Positions 35,759-49,245 of a stretch of DNA of 64,000 nt are shown here, piece by piece. The position numbers and the translations under genes were made by a program. Source of the stretch: an uncultured Planctomycetaceae bacterium. GTDB taxonomy: Bacteria; Planctomycetota; Planctomycetia; Isosphaerales; Isosphaeraceae. Location: the NCBI GenBank assembly GCA_963833985.1, contig CAWIAD010000002.1, forward strand, positions 5,504,001 to 5,568,000, read 5' to 3'. How positions within the stretch are numbered: position 1 is the first letter of the stretch; every line of letters begins with the position of its first letter. The notes below the pieces were generated by a model. The model ran no database searches, was not told the origin of the DNA, and worked only from the letters and a program-made list of their open reading frames with translations.

Positions 35759-36169
35759 TCAGGTCGCGGGCGCTGGATCGGGGACGTAGTACGTCTTGAC
35801 CTTGCCGCGCTCGTGCGTGGTGGAGACAACCAGCCCGAGCTCCTCGAGCCGGACCAGGCTCTCGATCACGGTGGGGCAGGAAAGCTGTGTGCGCCTCGTC
35901 AGCTCGTTGAGGCTGATCCTCACGCTGCGGTCGGGCAGGCCACCACAGGCGTCGATGACCACCAGGTAGACCTTGATGGCCTCGCCGCGGATCCGCGCGA
36001 GATAGCCGCGGTCAAAGAGCACCGTCTTGACCCAGTCGACCTGGGTCGACACAGGAGCCATCACAGGCATGTGCGGTTCAACTCCGGTACGGAACTTCTG
36101 AACGCGGCATTGCTCCGGCGATTCTCTCGACATGGTCCGTGCTTGAAAGAGAAGGTCGCAAGCGAGCAT
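35759..36169 (-). CDS. Small winged-HTH protein, paralogous to the N-terminus of the downstream initiator-like gene
   Basis: GEAIKVYLVV...ISLNELTRRTQLSCPTVIESLVRLEELGLV...KVKTYYV; start uncertain and possibly further downstream. Confidence 0.7.
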   Translation of the reverse strand: MLACDLLFQARTMSRESPEQCRVQKFRTGVEPHMPVMAPVSTQVDWVKTVLFDRGYLARIRGEAIKVYLVVIDACGGLPDRSVRISLNELTRRTQLSCPTVIESLVRLEELGLVVSTTHERGKVKTYYVPDPAPAT

Positions 36170-36193
36170 ACCACGAAATTTGCCTCCAGGGTG

Positions 36194-36221
36194 TTGACCA
36201 GCGTAAATTTTGGGTTAAGAT
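36194..36221 (+). promoter_or_regulatory. Probable sigma70 rrn promoter
   Basis: TTGACC-N16-TAAGAT; a 16-bp spacer is typical of rrn P1 promoters. Confidence 0.55.
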
Positions 36222-36354
36222 TGCCTTTGCGTCACCCAGTTCTCGATTGACTGAGACGGCCGGGGCGAGATGCCAACAGGCAGCTTGCACCGGCCGATGG
36301 CATCGGCGGAACTCGGTGAACAACGCGGCCGGTTGCGGCGTACCACTTGGGTTG

Positions 36355-36382
36355 CCGGAACCCGGCATGGCTCTTTGACAAT
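36355..36382 (+). promoter_or_regulatory. rrn leader antitermination boxB-boxA
   Basis: Hairpin tgccggaacccggca followed by GGCTCTTTGACAAT. Confidence 0.7.
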
Positions 36383-36711
36383 CCGGTTGATTGCACTCGT
36401 CAGCCAGAAAACGAGAACGCAAGAGAATTGCAAGCACACGATGGATGAGATTCATCCGTTCTGTGGTGAGAAACCCTTGAGGGGAGCCGGCGTGCGGCCG
36501 CAGCCTCGGGGCGGCCCGGCCTTCGTGGTCCGAAGCGCCTGGGCTGCCGTGGGATGGCCTGCACAGGACCGGCAGCAAGTTCCCGGCAGAACGGTTGTGA
36601 AACCGCCTTGCCAGGGGCTTGATGCGACCAGTTTTTTTTCCTCAACCTTTCGAGGTGAGGGTTGATCCGCGGCCGGGGCTCTCGGGCTCTGCGAAGCGGG
36701 TTGACATCATT

Positions 36712-38222
<1,511 letters not shown>

Positions 38223-38397
38223 CTAAGGACAACCTTGGAAAACCGGCCTGAGAGTTCACCCAGGAAGTGTTGCCGCCAGGCTTCGCTTCCCGAACTCGAT
38301 AAGGCCACGTCGGCACCATCCCCGGACCTCGATCCCGCGGCACGCCCGCCGGCTCCCCTTGGGGGTTTGCACCACAGTTGGCTTGTGACGTTTCGTG

Positions 38398-38688
38398 ATG
38401 GCTCTGAAATTCGAGTGGGACCCCGTCAAGGCCGCCTCCAACCTGACCAGGCATGGAGTCGGTTTCGACGAGGCGTCCACCGTCTTCGATGATCCGCTGG
38501 CCAGGATCTTTTATGATGAGGACCATTCGATCGAGGAGACGCGCGAGATCCTTGTGGGCCACTCGATTCTCCGCCGGCTGCTGCTCGTGAACTTTACCGA
38601 GCGAGGCCCCGGCCTCGTGCGGATCATCAGTGCCCGGCCGGCGACGCGGAAAGAACGTACAGCCCATGAAGAAGACCAAGGTGGGTGA
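38398..38688 (+). CDS. brnT: BrnT-family ribonuclease toxin, inside the 16S-23S ITS
   Basis: MALKFEWDPVKAASNLTRHGVGFDEASTVFDDP...DEDHSIEETREILVGHS...LLLVNFTERG..VRIISARPATRKER matches the BrnT pattern FEWD..K...N..KHG..F...RIISAR. Confidence 0.92.
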   Translation: MALKFEWDPVKAASNLTRHGVGFDEASTVFDDPLARIFYDEDHSIEETREILVGHSILRRLLLVNFTERGPGLVRIISARPATRKERTAHEEDQGG

Positions 38689-38902
38689 CCGCCCGCTGGA
38701 GCCATCGGACGAGCTTCGTTCCGAGTATGCGTTTGACTACACGCAAGCCCGGCCGAATCGGTTTGCGAGCCCGAGCGATCGAGATCGGCTGGTGGTGGCC
38801 CTTGACCCGGATGTGAGCAAGGTGTTCACCACCGCGGAGTCGGTCAACAGCCTGCTCCGGGCCCTGATCGAGACGATGCCCAAGAGTTCTGGACGACCGT
38901 AG
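38666..38902 (+). CDS. Cognate antitoxin (BrnA-like, C-terminal RHH-type region)
   Basis: DELRSEYAFDYTQARPNRFA...VVALDPDVSKVFTTAESVNSLLRALI; overlaps the toxin by 23 nt. Confidence 0.82.
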   Translation: MKKTKVGDRPLEPSDELRSEYAFDYTQARPNRFASPSDRDRLVVALDPDVSKVFTTAESVNSLLRALIETMPKSSGRP

Positions 38903-38996
38903 CAATCAACCGAGATTTCTTTCCCCTCGCCTCTGGGCGCGGGGCGGTGCCCTTGTCGCAGGGCCTCGCCCCCTGGCCAGCAGCTTGGCCGGGAGT

Positions 38997-39029
38997 GGCG
39001 GAGCAATCCGCCGCGTGTTCCTTGACAAT
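38997..39029 (+). promoter_or_regulatory. Spacer boxB-boxA before 23S
   Basis: GCAA-tetraloop hairpin ggcggagcaatccgcc, then TGTTCCTTGACAAT at 39016-39029, matching the leader boxA. Confidence 0.65.
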
Positions 39030-39421
39030 TCGGTGGTTGGTCACACACGAATCAGCCAGGTCCGCGCGTGGGGCAAGATTCCGATCTTGTCGCTGCGTGC
39101 CTTGTGTTCCTACATGGACCTGGTGGAATTCACACACACCCGCGTGATCGGCGGCAGGCTTTGGCCGTGCCGGCGAGACGCGAGGGTGAGTGGCACTCTC
39201 CAACGAACAGTTTCACGGCTCTGGCCGGTGGGAAGGGGCGACGTCAGTCCAACCATCCGCGTCGGTCGGGGCTCTGAAGAAGATAACGAACCCTTACGGA
39301 TCGAATCGATGGGTCTGGCACCGGCCGTCGCGTCGCGAGACGCCGCGGCCGCACGGTCCGGACCCGAGTGAGCCCGCTGTCGGCCTGCGTCTTCTCCGGA
39401 AGCCGGAGGTCCGATCGGCGT

Positions 39422-42222
<2,801 letters not shown>

Positions 42223-42464
42223 CCCCGATCGGCCCCCCATCCCGGGAACGCCGCGGAGGTGGACTCACCGGACTCGATCCGAACAAGGGTCAGGTCCCAT
42301 CGGACTGGTGACGCCGCGTGCCCCACGCGGGCCGCGAACCCGCCACCGGTCCCTGTTCCGCGAACGTGCCCCTCACCCGGTGTGCGTGCACCCTGAAACC
42401 CAATCCGCGTGTGACCGACCATCCGCAAAGCGGCCGGCGCGCAGAAATGCGCGCCGGCCGGTTT

Positions 42465-42572
42465 TCCGGCGACCATACCGGCGGGGTCACACCCGTTCCC
42501 ATTCCGAACACGGCCGTTAAGCCCGCCGGGCCCATGATAGTGCTCAGGCGCGAAAGTCGGTGATCGCCGGAA
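42465..42572 (+). rRNA. rrf: 5S rRNA (short, ~108 nt)
   Basis: TCCGGCGACCATA...CACCCGTTCCCATTCCGAACACGG...GAAAGTCGGTGATCGCCGGA. Confidence 0.96.
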
Positions 42573-42581
42573 TCTTTTCAC

Positions 42582-42624
42582 AACGCCGCCCCGGATCTCC
42601 TTCAGATCCCGGGCGGCGTTTTTT
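42582..42624 (+). terminator. Intrinsic terminator of the rrn operon
   Basis: aacgccgccccggatct...agatcccgggcggcgtt stem followed by a T run. Confidence 0.85.
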
Positions 42625-42653
42625 GGTTTCGAATGCGACCCACGAGCAGCCAC

Positions 42654-44036
42654 CTACTTCTTCGCGAGCTCCCTCCAGGTCTCGGTGAGGCACCGCGAAA
42701 GCTCGTTGTCACGCCAGTTCCAGAGCCGATCATGCTGGACGTCCACATTGACAGGCTCGAAGTTCCAGGTGCTCGGGTAACAGTAGGCGCCGACGGTCTG
42801 AACGGCGATCCCCAGCACGATCGCGATCGCCAGCAGGCCTGTCACGAGGCGCGAGCGGTCGATCGCCCAGTCGATCGCGAACGCGAGCATGATGGCAAAG
42901 AGCGGCATCACGTCGGTCCAGTAGCGCGGGCCAAAGCAGTGGCCACCCCACCAGACGGCGTACTTGGAAAGGAGCAGAAAGTATGGAACCAGTCCCAGCA
43001 GCAGCCAGACAACCAGGTGGCGGAAACCGAGCCGGGAGACAACAAGGGGCATGGCAGGAAGGACCAAGGCGACCCACGGAGTGTAGACGAACAGACCACG
43101 CCCTGGACTGAAGAGCGTTCCCAGTGCACCTTCCGCGAGGTTGCCCGACCAGGGGCCGGGCAGGTGATGTATCCCCCGATGAATCTGCTCCAGCTCCGCC
43201 TGACCACCGCTCAGCTCACCGAAGTAGTAGATGTTGTAAGCAAGCAGCAGCAGAACGCCGGCCAACAGTACTGGCAGGAACCAGAAAAGATTCCTGGGTC
43301 GCGCCTGCACCAGCCAGAGCACGATCATCACCGCGAAGACACCGTCGATCAACCGGCAGGCGATCAGTAGTGCCGTCACGAAGCCAGCCAGGATGAGCCG
43401 CCAGCGTGGAACATTGGCTGGCTGGAGCAGTGCAATAGCAGCAACCAGCAAGAACGCCGCTGGCCCGTGCTGCCACAGGGCCTGGCTGCCAATGGTCCAG
43501 ACGTTTGATCCCAGGGCCATGGCCAGAGTCGCCGGCAGAGCTGCACGGCGCAGGCCAAGGGTGATGAGTACCTGGTGCAGGAGGACGGCCGTGAGTGCCA
43601 TGAGCATGGCAAGTGAGTACCTTGCCATCTGCGCACACTGATCTCTAGCTCTTGCCGGGTTGCGATCCCAGTCAGGCTGAAGCCAGTCCAGGAGTGCGAT
43701 CTGAGGCGCCACCAGTGGCTCAACCAGGAGAGCGGGGGCAACGGGGTAGCGTGAAAGAATGTGGTTCTTCCACGGTCTGACAAAGACGGGCATGACACGA
43801 TTCGTATCGCGCAGCATGATACGAAACCGGTCAAGGAAAACCCCCTCGCCGCGGGCAAAGGTAAGCACCATCATCGTGGCTGGTTCAGTATCGTAGCTGC
43901 CCAGGTTTCGGTAGTTCGCCGCATAGATGGCCGCCAAGCCAAGGCCAAGTGCCAGCGGGGTGATTGCCCTGCGCCAGAGTGGCTTACGGGCGGGTCCAGC
44001 GGGTCCGTCATGGTGGGATCCGGACATCGCTGCCAT
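42654..44036 (-). CDS. Multi-pass GT-C-like membrane protein (putative glycosyltransferase)
   Basis: SQALWQH, GTLFSPGRGLFVYTP and WWGGHCFGPRYW motifs; many TM segments. Confidence 0.72.
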   Translation of the reverse strand: MAAMSGSHHDGPAGPARKPLWRRAITPLALGLGLAAIYAANYRNLGSYDTEPATMMVLTFARGEGVFLDRFRIMLRDTNRVMPVFVRPWKNHILSRYPVAPALLVEPLVAPQIALLDWLQPDWDRNPARARDQCAQMARYSLAMLMALTAVLLHQVLITLGLRRAALPATLAMALGSNVWTIGSQALWQHGPAAFLLVAAIALLQPANVPRWRLILAGFVTALLIACRLIDGVFAVMIVLWLVQARPRNLFWFLPVLLAGVLLLLAYNIYYFGELSGGQAELEQIHRGIHHLPGPWSGNLAEGALGTLFSPGRGLFVYTPWVALVLPAMPLVVSRLGFRHLVVWLLLGLVPYFLLLSKYAVWWGGHCFGPRYWTDVMPLFAIMLAFAIDWAIDRSRLVTGLLAIAIVLGIAVQTVGAYCYPSTWNFEPVNVDVQHDRLWNWRDNELSRCLTETWRELAKK

Positions 44037-44086
44037 GCCCTGCTCGAGGGTGTTTCGAGGTCAACCGACACGACCACCTGCGCGGA

Positions 44087-45451
44087 TCAGACCAGCTCGG
44101 GAATCACCGCGGATGTGGGTGGTAGGATGCTGACAGGACGGTTTGACGAGTCGTGAACAATCGTCAGTGGACTGATGCCAAGGTTGTGGTAGGTGGTTGC
44201 CAGGACATCGCGGAAATGGATCGGTCGGCTGGCGGCTGCGGCACCCAGTTTATCCGTGGAGCCAATCACCTGGCCCACCTTCATGCCCCCGCCTGCCAGC
44301 AGTGCCGAATTCACGGCGGCCCAGTGGTCGCGGCCGGCATTCTTGTTGATTTTTGGCGTGCGGCCGAACTCACCCCAGACCACCACGGTCACCTCACGAT
44401 CAAGACCGCGGGCATGGAGATCCTCGACGAGCGCCGAGATTCCCTGGTCCATGAGCGGCAGATACTGTCGGAGGTGGGAGAAGTTCCCGCCATGCGTATC
44501 CCAGAAACCATAGCCCAGCGAAACGCAACGTGCCCCGGCCTCCACCAACCTCCGGGCAATCAGGAGCTGGTCATTCCACATCGGTGCACCATCGCCCAGA
44601 TGGCGTGGCGATCCAATGCCGTATCGAGCACGTAATCGGGGGTCCTCACGTTCCACGTCCAGAGCCCTGGCTAGCTTGTCCGAGGTCAGTACGGTGAACG
44701 CCTGCTGATAGAACGCACTCATACCGTCAAGCGAAGGGCTCTCGGCCGATCGGCGAAAGCCATCGAACTGGTCGAGGAGCCGTTTACGGCCAGAGAATCG
44801 CTGAGTGGTGACACCCACGGGTGGACGCAAGAGGGCGAGGTCATCTCCTTCCATCCGGGCGGCCTGAAAGGCCTGACCCAGGATACCCGGTCCGGGTGTA
44901 TTGTAAGGCCGGTGCTGCATCACCGGAGAAAGATCCACAAAGGGCGGTACCACAGGGTCCACGGGTCCTTGCAGCCTCGCGATCACCGAGCCGAAATGGG
45001 GTCTTCCCTCACGGCGTGCCAGCCCCATGGGGAAGCCTGTCATGCTCTGGAAACTGGAGTGTTCATCCACCTGGCCGACCAGCGACCGGATCACTGCCAG
45101 TTTATCCATGACGGCGGCGGTTCGGGGCAGCAGCTCACAAATCTGGACTCCGGGCAGGGACGTGGGAATGGGCTGGAATTCACCGCGAATTCCCGCCGGT
45201 GCGTCCATCTTGAGGTCAAAGGTATCCTGGTGTGCCAACCCGCCTGTGAGATAGACCATGATCACCGACCGGTGCGATCCGTGCCGTGCCGGTGGCGCAT
45301 GATCTGGTTTCACGGCTGCCGCGGCTTCGGCCTCGAGCAAACCGGGGAGGTTCAAGCCTCCCATGACCAGCCCGCCGATCTTCAGAAAAGATCGCCGAGA
45401 GAGGCCATCGCAGTAGCCGCGCCGCGCTTCCGAACTCCAGAGCATCAACAT
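44087..45451 (-). CDS. DUF1501 domain protein (Tat-like SRRSFL)
   Basis: CDGLSRRSFLKIG, GGLAHQDTFDLK, ARRLVEAG, WDTH, GEFGRTP, GRDHW; GGAGG RBS before ATG 45451. Confidence 0.92.
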   Translation of the reverse strand: MLMLWSSEARRGYCDGLSRRSFLKIGGLVMGGLNLPGLLEAEAAAAVKPDHAPPARHGSHRSVIMVYLTGGLAHQDTFDLKMDAPAGIRGEFQPIPTSLPGVQICELLPRTAAVMDKLAVIRSLVGQVDEHSSFQSMTGFPMGLARREGRPHFGSVIARLQGPVDPVVPPFVDLSPVMQHRPYNTPGPGILGQAFQAARMEGDDLALLRPPVGVTTQRFSGRKRLLDQFDGFRRSAESPSLDGMSAFYQQAFTVLTSDKLARALDVEREDPRLRARYGIGSPRHLGDGAPMWNDQLLIARRLVEAGARCVSLGYGFWDTHGGNFSHLRQYLPLMDQGISALVEDLHARGLDREVTVVVWGEFGRTPKINKNAGRDHWAAVNSALLAGGGMKVGQVIGSTDKLGAAAASRPIHFRDVLATTYHNLGISPLTIVHDSSNRPVSILPPTSAVIPELV

Positions 45452-45593
45452 GCGATCCATCCTCCGGCATCCAATGTTCCGCTCCCGGCCGCGCCGGCAA
45501 TACGCCGATCCACGTGTTGAACAATAATCTAACAAGATCAGCCAGCGGGCGCGAAGTGGCAGCCCGCGGTTTCCTGGCGTAACACGCACGCGT

Positions 45594-46498
45594 TCAATAC
45601 CCACGCAATGCGCAGTAGACCAGGCACAGGTTTCCTTGCAGAATGGATAGTTCATAAGGCAACGCCGTGCATATTTTCGGGCGACCTGGACATGGCCGGA
45701 GTCGAGTGCCCACCAGCCCCAGGTCAGAGGAAGAACCTGGGAGCTCAACGCACGCTGGCCTGATCGATCAGGCCAGGGCAGGTTCCTGCGCGCTCGGGCC
45801 TCCTCAAGGATGCGCCTTGCTTCTTCCCATTGCTGTTCTCTTCGATGCTGCGACATTCCTGCCAGGTGTACGCGGTAATGAAGCAGGACGTCCGGCAGAT
45901 TGGCAAGGCGGTAGCCGTGCTCCGTCAGCCGCAAGCAGAGTTCCAGGTCATGGGCGGTTGGATAGCCTTCGCGGTAGTGTCCCACCGCGTCCAGCGCCTT
46001 GCGCCGGATCATCAGTGACGGGTGGCACATGGATAGCCCGCGTCCAGCAAGAATGGCAGCCTCGATCTCGGCGTGGCGCGCTGGCCAGCGAAAGCGACAG
46101 AGGGGATCTCCCTCATCATCAATGGCCATCACCTGACTGCCCAGGACAGCAATCTCCGGATGGTCGGCCAGGCAGGCAACCTGGCGTTCAAAGCGCTCAG
46201 GTAAGGCGACATCGTCAGCGTCCATGACGGCGATGAATTCACCGCGGGCAAGCTGGTGCAAGGCATTCCGCGCAGCAACAACGCCCCGGTTTGGACCAGA
46301 GCTCAGTTTGATCCGGCCATCGAGCTGGGCGTAGTGCTCAAGGATAACGCGCGATCCATCGGTTGATCCGTCATCAATCACAAGGAGTTCGAAAAGTTCA
46401 TATGACTGGCGTAAGATGCTTTCAACCGCTTCCGCGACAAAGCGTTCTGCGTTGAAAACCGGCATGATGGCCGAGACAAACGGACGGCTGGAAACCAT
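45594..46498 (-). CDS. GT2 glycosyltransferase; a frameshift near 45626 falsely fuses it to DUF1501 in the ORF track
   Basis: SAIMPVFNAE, IDDGSTD, MDADD, HPS, HDLEL; the alternative frame ends LVYCALRGY* at 45594. Confidence 0.85.
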
Positions 46499-46598
46499 GA
46501 ACGCTGATCACCCTGTGTTCAATACTCGCGAGGAATCTTCCAGAGAAACCTAGCACTCATCAAGCACGTTGTGAAACGAGGGGCGTGTACAAGGGCCT

Positions 46599-49085
46599 TC
46601 AAAGCCCATGTCCGCGCCCTTCTTCAGCGGCAGGCTGCGTGAGCTTCTGAAAATCTGGACGCCCGCGCAGCGAGTCCAGGTCTGGGGCTGACCGGCAGGT
46701 CTCGAGGCTGGTGAAGCCGCGCTTGACGGCGCTCTCCAGTGCTGAGACAGCACGTGCGCCATAAACCTGGCGTCGCAGCCGGTCGGCAGGACTCAGCTCA
46801 GCCTCATCATCGGGTGCCGGTTCTGATGGTCCGGCACCGATCAGAGAGACGCAGAGCGCAAGGTTCACAGCAAGCTCATAGCTCTCCGCGGGACCTGGCC
46901 GGGGAAGGCTTTCCAGCAGGTCCACCGCGCGTTGGAATGAGTGAAAGGCTTCGGTGAAATGCCGGTCCTGGTAATGCAGCCGGCCCACGAAGCTGTGGCA
47001 CTGCGCCAGGTGGATCGAGAAGAGAGGGTCGTTGGGGTGGTCAGCAGCCAGGGGCTCAAGTATCCCACGCACTTTCCCCGCCAGCTCCAGAGCCGTCTTT
47101 CGCTCCCCGCGCTGTGCCTGTAGCCGGCTCATCCGGTCGTAGGCGAGATACTGTTCTCGGAGGTAAGGAACCGCATCGGGAAACCTGCCGACTAGCCGCT
47201 CAAGCAGCGCAACCGCCTGGTTCTGATCCTCCAGGGCCGCATCCAGGCGTTCAGCCTTCTGCTCCAGGCTTGCCAGTTCTTCCAGATCCAGTGCCTGCTC
47301 GTGAAGCTGGTCGAGACGATCAGGGTGATCATGGGCAATGATCTGGCGCAGCTTGATGCCCTTGCTGAATTCTTCAACGGCCTGGTCGTGGACCTCCGGG
47401 CGGTCCCCCAGCAAACGTCCCAGGGCCACGTGATCTGCGGCCAGGTTCACCCGATCCGCCACATCAGGTGGTTTCGCCGTGTTCATCTTGTTCAGAATAC
47501 GGATCGCGCGGACCAGGTTACTCTGGGCACGCTCGGGTTGATTCGCCTGGCGCTGCGCCTCGGCAAGGTTTCCCAGAACTCTGGCCAGCTCACGCTGATG
47601 AGCGCTCGACTCACGGCTGCCAGAAGGCTTCGCCTCCAGGAACCCCAGAGCCCGTTCCAGGACGGTCAGGGCACGACCACTCTGGCCCTCCATCGAGAGC
47701 AAGGTCTCGCCCAGCTCGTCCAGCGCAATGGTCAAGCTCGCCTGGAAACGCATCTCGCCGGGGTATCGAGTGATGAGATCATCATACCGGCTGATGGCCT
47801 GCTCCATCTGCCAGGCAGCGACGTCGAGAAGCCCGATCCGGCGATCGATGCGGGCAATCCGTTCCTGAGCCACGGCAGCCAGCTCGAGCGCATCGAGAGT
47901 GCCGCCGTGAAGGTCGAGGATGTTTTCGTAGTAATGGAGCAGGTTCTCCAGTAGGGCGGAACGGACAGGCTGAAGCCCCGGCCTCTCGAACTGAGGTTCC
48001 TGATCGATGAGCGTGAACAGATCATCTGCTGCCCGGTGCGCGATCTGGAACGACGTCTCAGCATGCTTGTACTCCTGCTCAACGCGCTTCAAGGCGAGGG
48101 TTGAGGTGATGAAACCAACGGTCACGGCAATGGCCGTGAAGCATCCCAGGGTTGTGAGCAGCGGATGACGCGCGATGAACTTACGGACGCGGTAGGAACG
48201 GCTCTGCCGATGTGCCACCACAGGCCGGCCCTGGAAATACCTGTCTACGTCCTCCGCGAATTGTGCTGTTGTGGCATAGCGCCGCTCAGGCTCCTTGTGC
48301 AGCGCGTGAAGCACGATGGATTCCAGATCGCCCGTGATCCGGCCATACGTCCCGCCCCCGGTAGACGTCCTCACGGTGCTGGGACGTTCCGGGGCTTGCT
48401 CGGAGATGGTCTTGCAGATCTCGTTGGTATCCAAGGCATCAAGCCGGTAAGGGCCGCGTCCGGTGAGCAACTGGTAGAGTAAGAGGCCAAGCTGGTAGAC
48501 GTCCGTCGCCACCGTGGGAGGCTCACCAAGCACCTGTTCCGGACTGGCATAGCCACGCTTCAAGAGGTCGGTCAACGGCTCGCTTGAGGGTTCAGGCGCC
48601 GACACATGAATGGCACCGTCTTCGCGCACACGAACCCGCTCCGGCGTCAGGGCGCCGTGAATGAAGCCGCGGCGGTGGTCCTGATCAACCACGTGGCAGA
48701 CCCGCTGAAACAGCCGCAGCCGCTCGGGAATGCTCAAACGCTGCTGCGTACAGGAGACGATGATGGTGAGATCATCGGATTCCTCGCTGGCTTGCCCGGC
48801 CAGTCCGCCGGGGCGCAGGTCCGGGCTCTGGAGGAGGGCATCCAGGGCAATTGCCTCGATGGATCCGCGCTCCAGGTCTGGAGGCTCGTTCGCGTTCGCT
48901 GCAAGGGGCTGACCCATGCTGGTGTCACACTCCGGCACGGTGCTGAGTCTGGCTTCAACCCTGGCACGCAGCTCGGCATCAGTGCCGCAGGATGCGTCGA
49001 GAAACCGCCCCCGGCGCTCGTTCATCATGGTTCTGGCCAGTGCTGCGATCATCTCGATAGAGTCATCCTTCGCGGCATCGCTCAT
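46599..49085 (-). CDS. Degenerate Ser/Thr kinase (C-lobe only) + TM + TPR repeats
   Basis: RLRLFQRVC, YASPEQ, DVYQLGLLLYQLLTG and ALHKEPERRY are present; HRD is replaced by HGA; no GxGxxG, VAIK or DFG. Confidence 0.8.
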   Translation of the reverse strand: MSDAAKDDSIEMIAALARTMMNERRGRFLDASCGTDAELRARVEARLSTVPECDTSMGQPLAANANEPPDLERGSIEAIALDALLQSPDLRPGGLAGQASEESDDLTIIVSCTQQRLSIPERLRLFQRVCHVVDQDHRRGFIHGALTPERVRVREDGAIHVSAPEPSSEPLTDLLKRGYASPEQVLGEPPTVATDVYQLGLLLYQLLTGRGPYRLDALDTNEICKTISEQAPERPSTVRTSTGGGTYGRITGDLESIVLHALHKEPERRYATTAQFAEDVDRYFQGRPVVAHRQSRSYRVRKFIARHPLLTTLGCFTAIAVTVGFITSTLALKRVEQEYKHAETSFQIAHRAADDLFTLIDQEPQFERPGLQPVRSALLENLLHYYENILDLHGGTLDALELAAVAQERIARIDRRIGLLDVAAWQMEQAISRYDDLITRYPGEMRFQASLTIALDELGETLLSMEGQSGRALTVLERALGFLEAKPSGSRESSAHQRELARVLGNLAEAQRQANQPERAQSNLVRAIRILNKMNTAKPPDVADRVNLAADHVALGRLLGDRPEVHDQAVEEFSKGIKLRQIIAHDHPDRLDQLHEQALDLEELASLEQKAERLDAALEDQNQAVALLERLVGRFPDAVPYLREQYLAYDRMSRLQAQRGERKTALELAGKVRGILEPLAADHPNDPLFSIHLAQCHSFVGRLHYQDRHFTEAFHSFQRAVDLLESLPRPGPAESYELAVNLALCVSLIGAGPSEPAPDDEAELSPADRLRRQVYGARAVSALESAVKRGFTSLETCRSAPDLDSLRGRPDFQKLTQPAAEEGRGHGL

Positions 49086-49245
49086 GAACAGTGCTCCCTG
49101 GATATGCCCAGATGCGGGCAAGATTCCAATCTGGCTACCGGGAGGGCGGATGACAAGAGCATACGAGCACTGTACACTTGGGTAGATACCGTGGAGTTCG
49201 GTCGCTGGCAGCTTATGGGTGTTTCACCAGGTCTGGTACTGATTC

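Noticed and set aside
38373..38387. CACA-N7-TGTG palindrome as the TA operator
   Set aside because: Only 4-bp arms, and the left arm is already explained by the 16S processing stalk.
38223..39421. tRNA-Ile/tRNA-Ala in the ITS
   Set aside because: No cloverleaf with a T-loop GTTCRA and matching acceptor stem was found by eye; tRNAscan-SE should confirm.
44087..46498. 803-aa GT2-DUF1501 fusion shown in the ORF track
   Set aside because: The GT2 has a natural end (LVYCALRGY*) in another frame at 45594, and DUF1501 has its own RBS and ATG at 45451. The linker is non-protein-like, so the fusion is an indel artefact.
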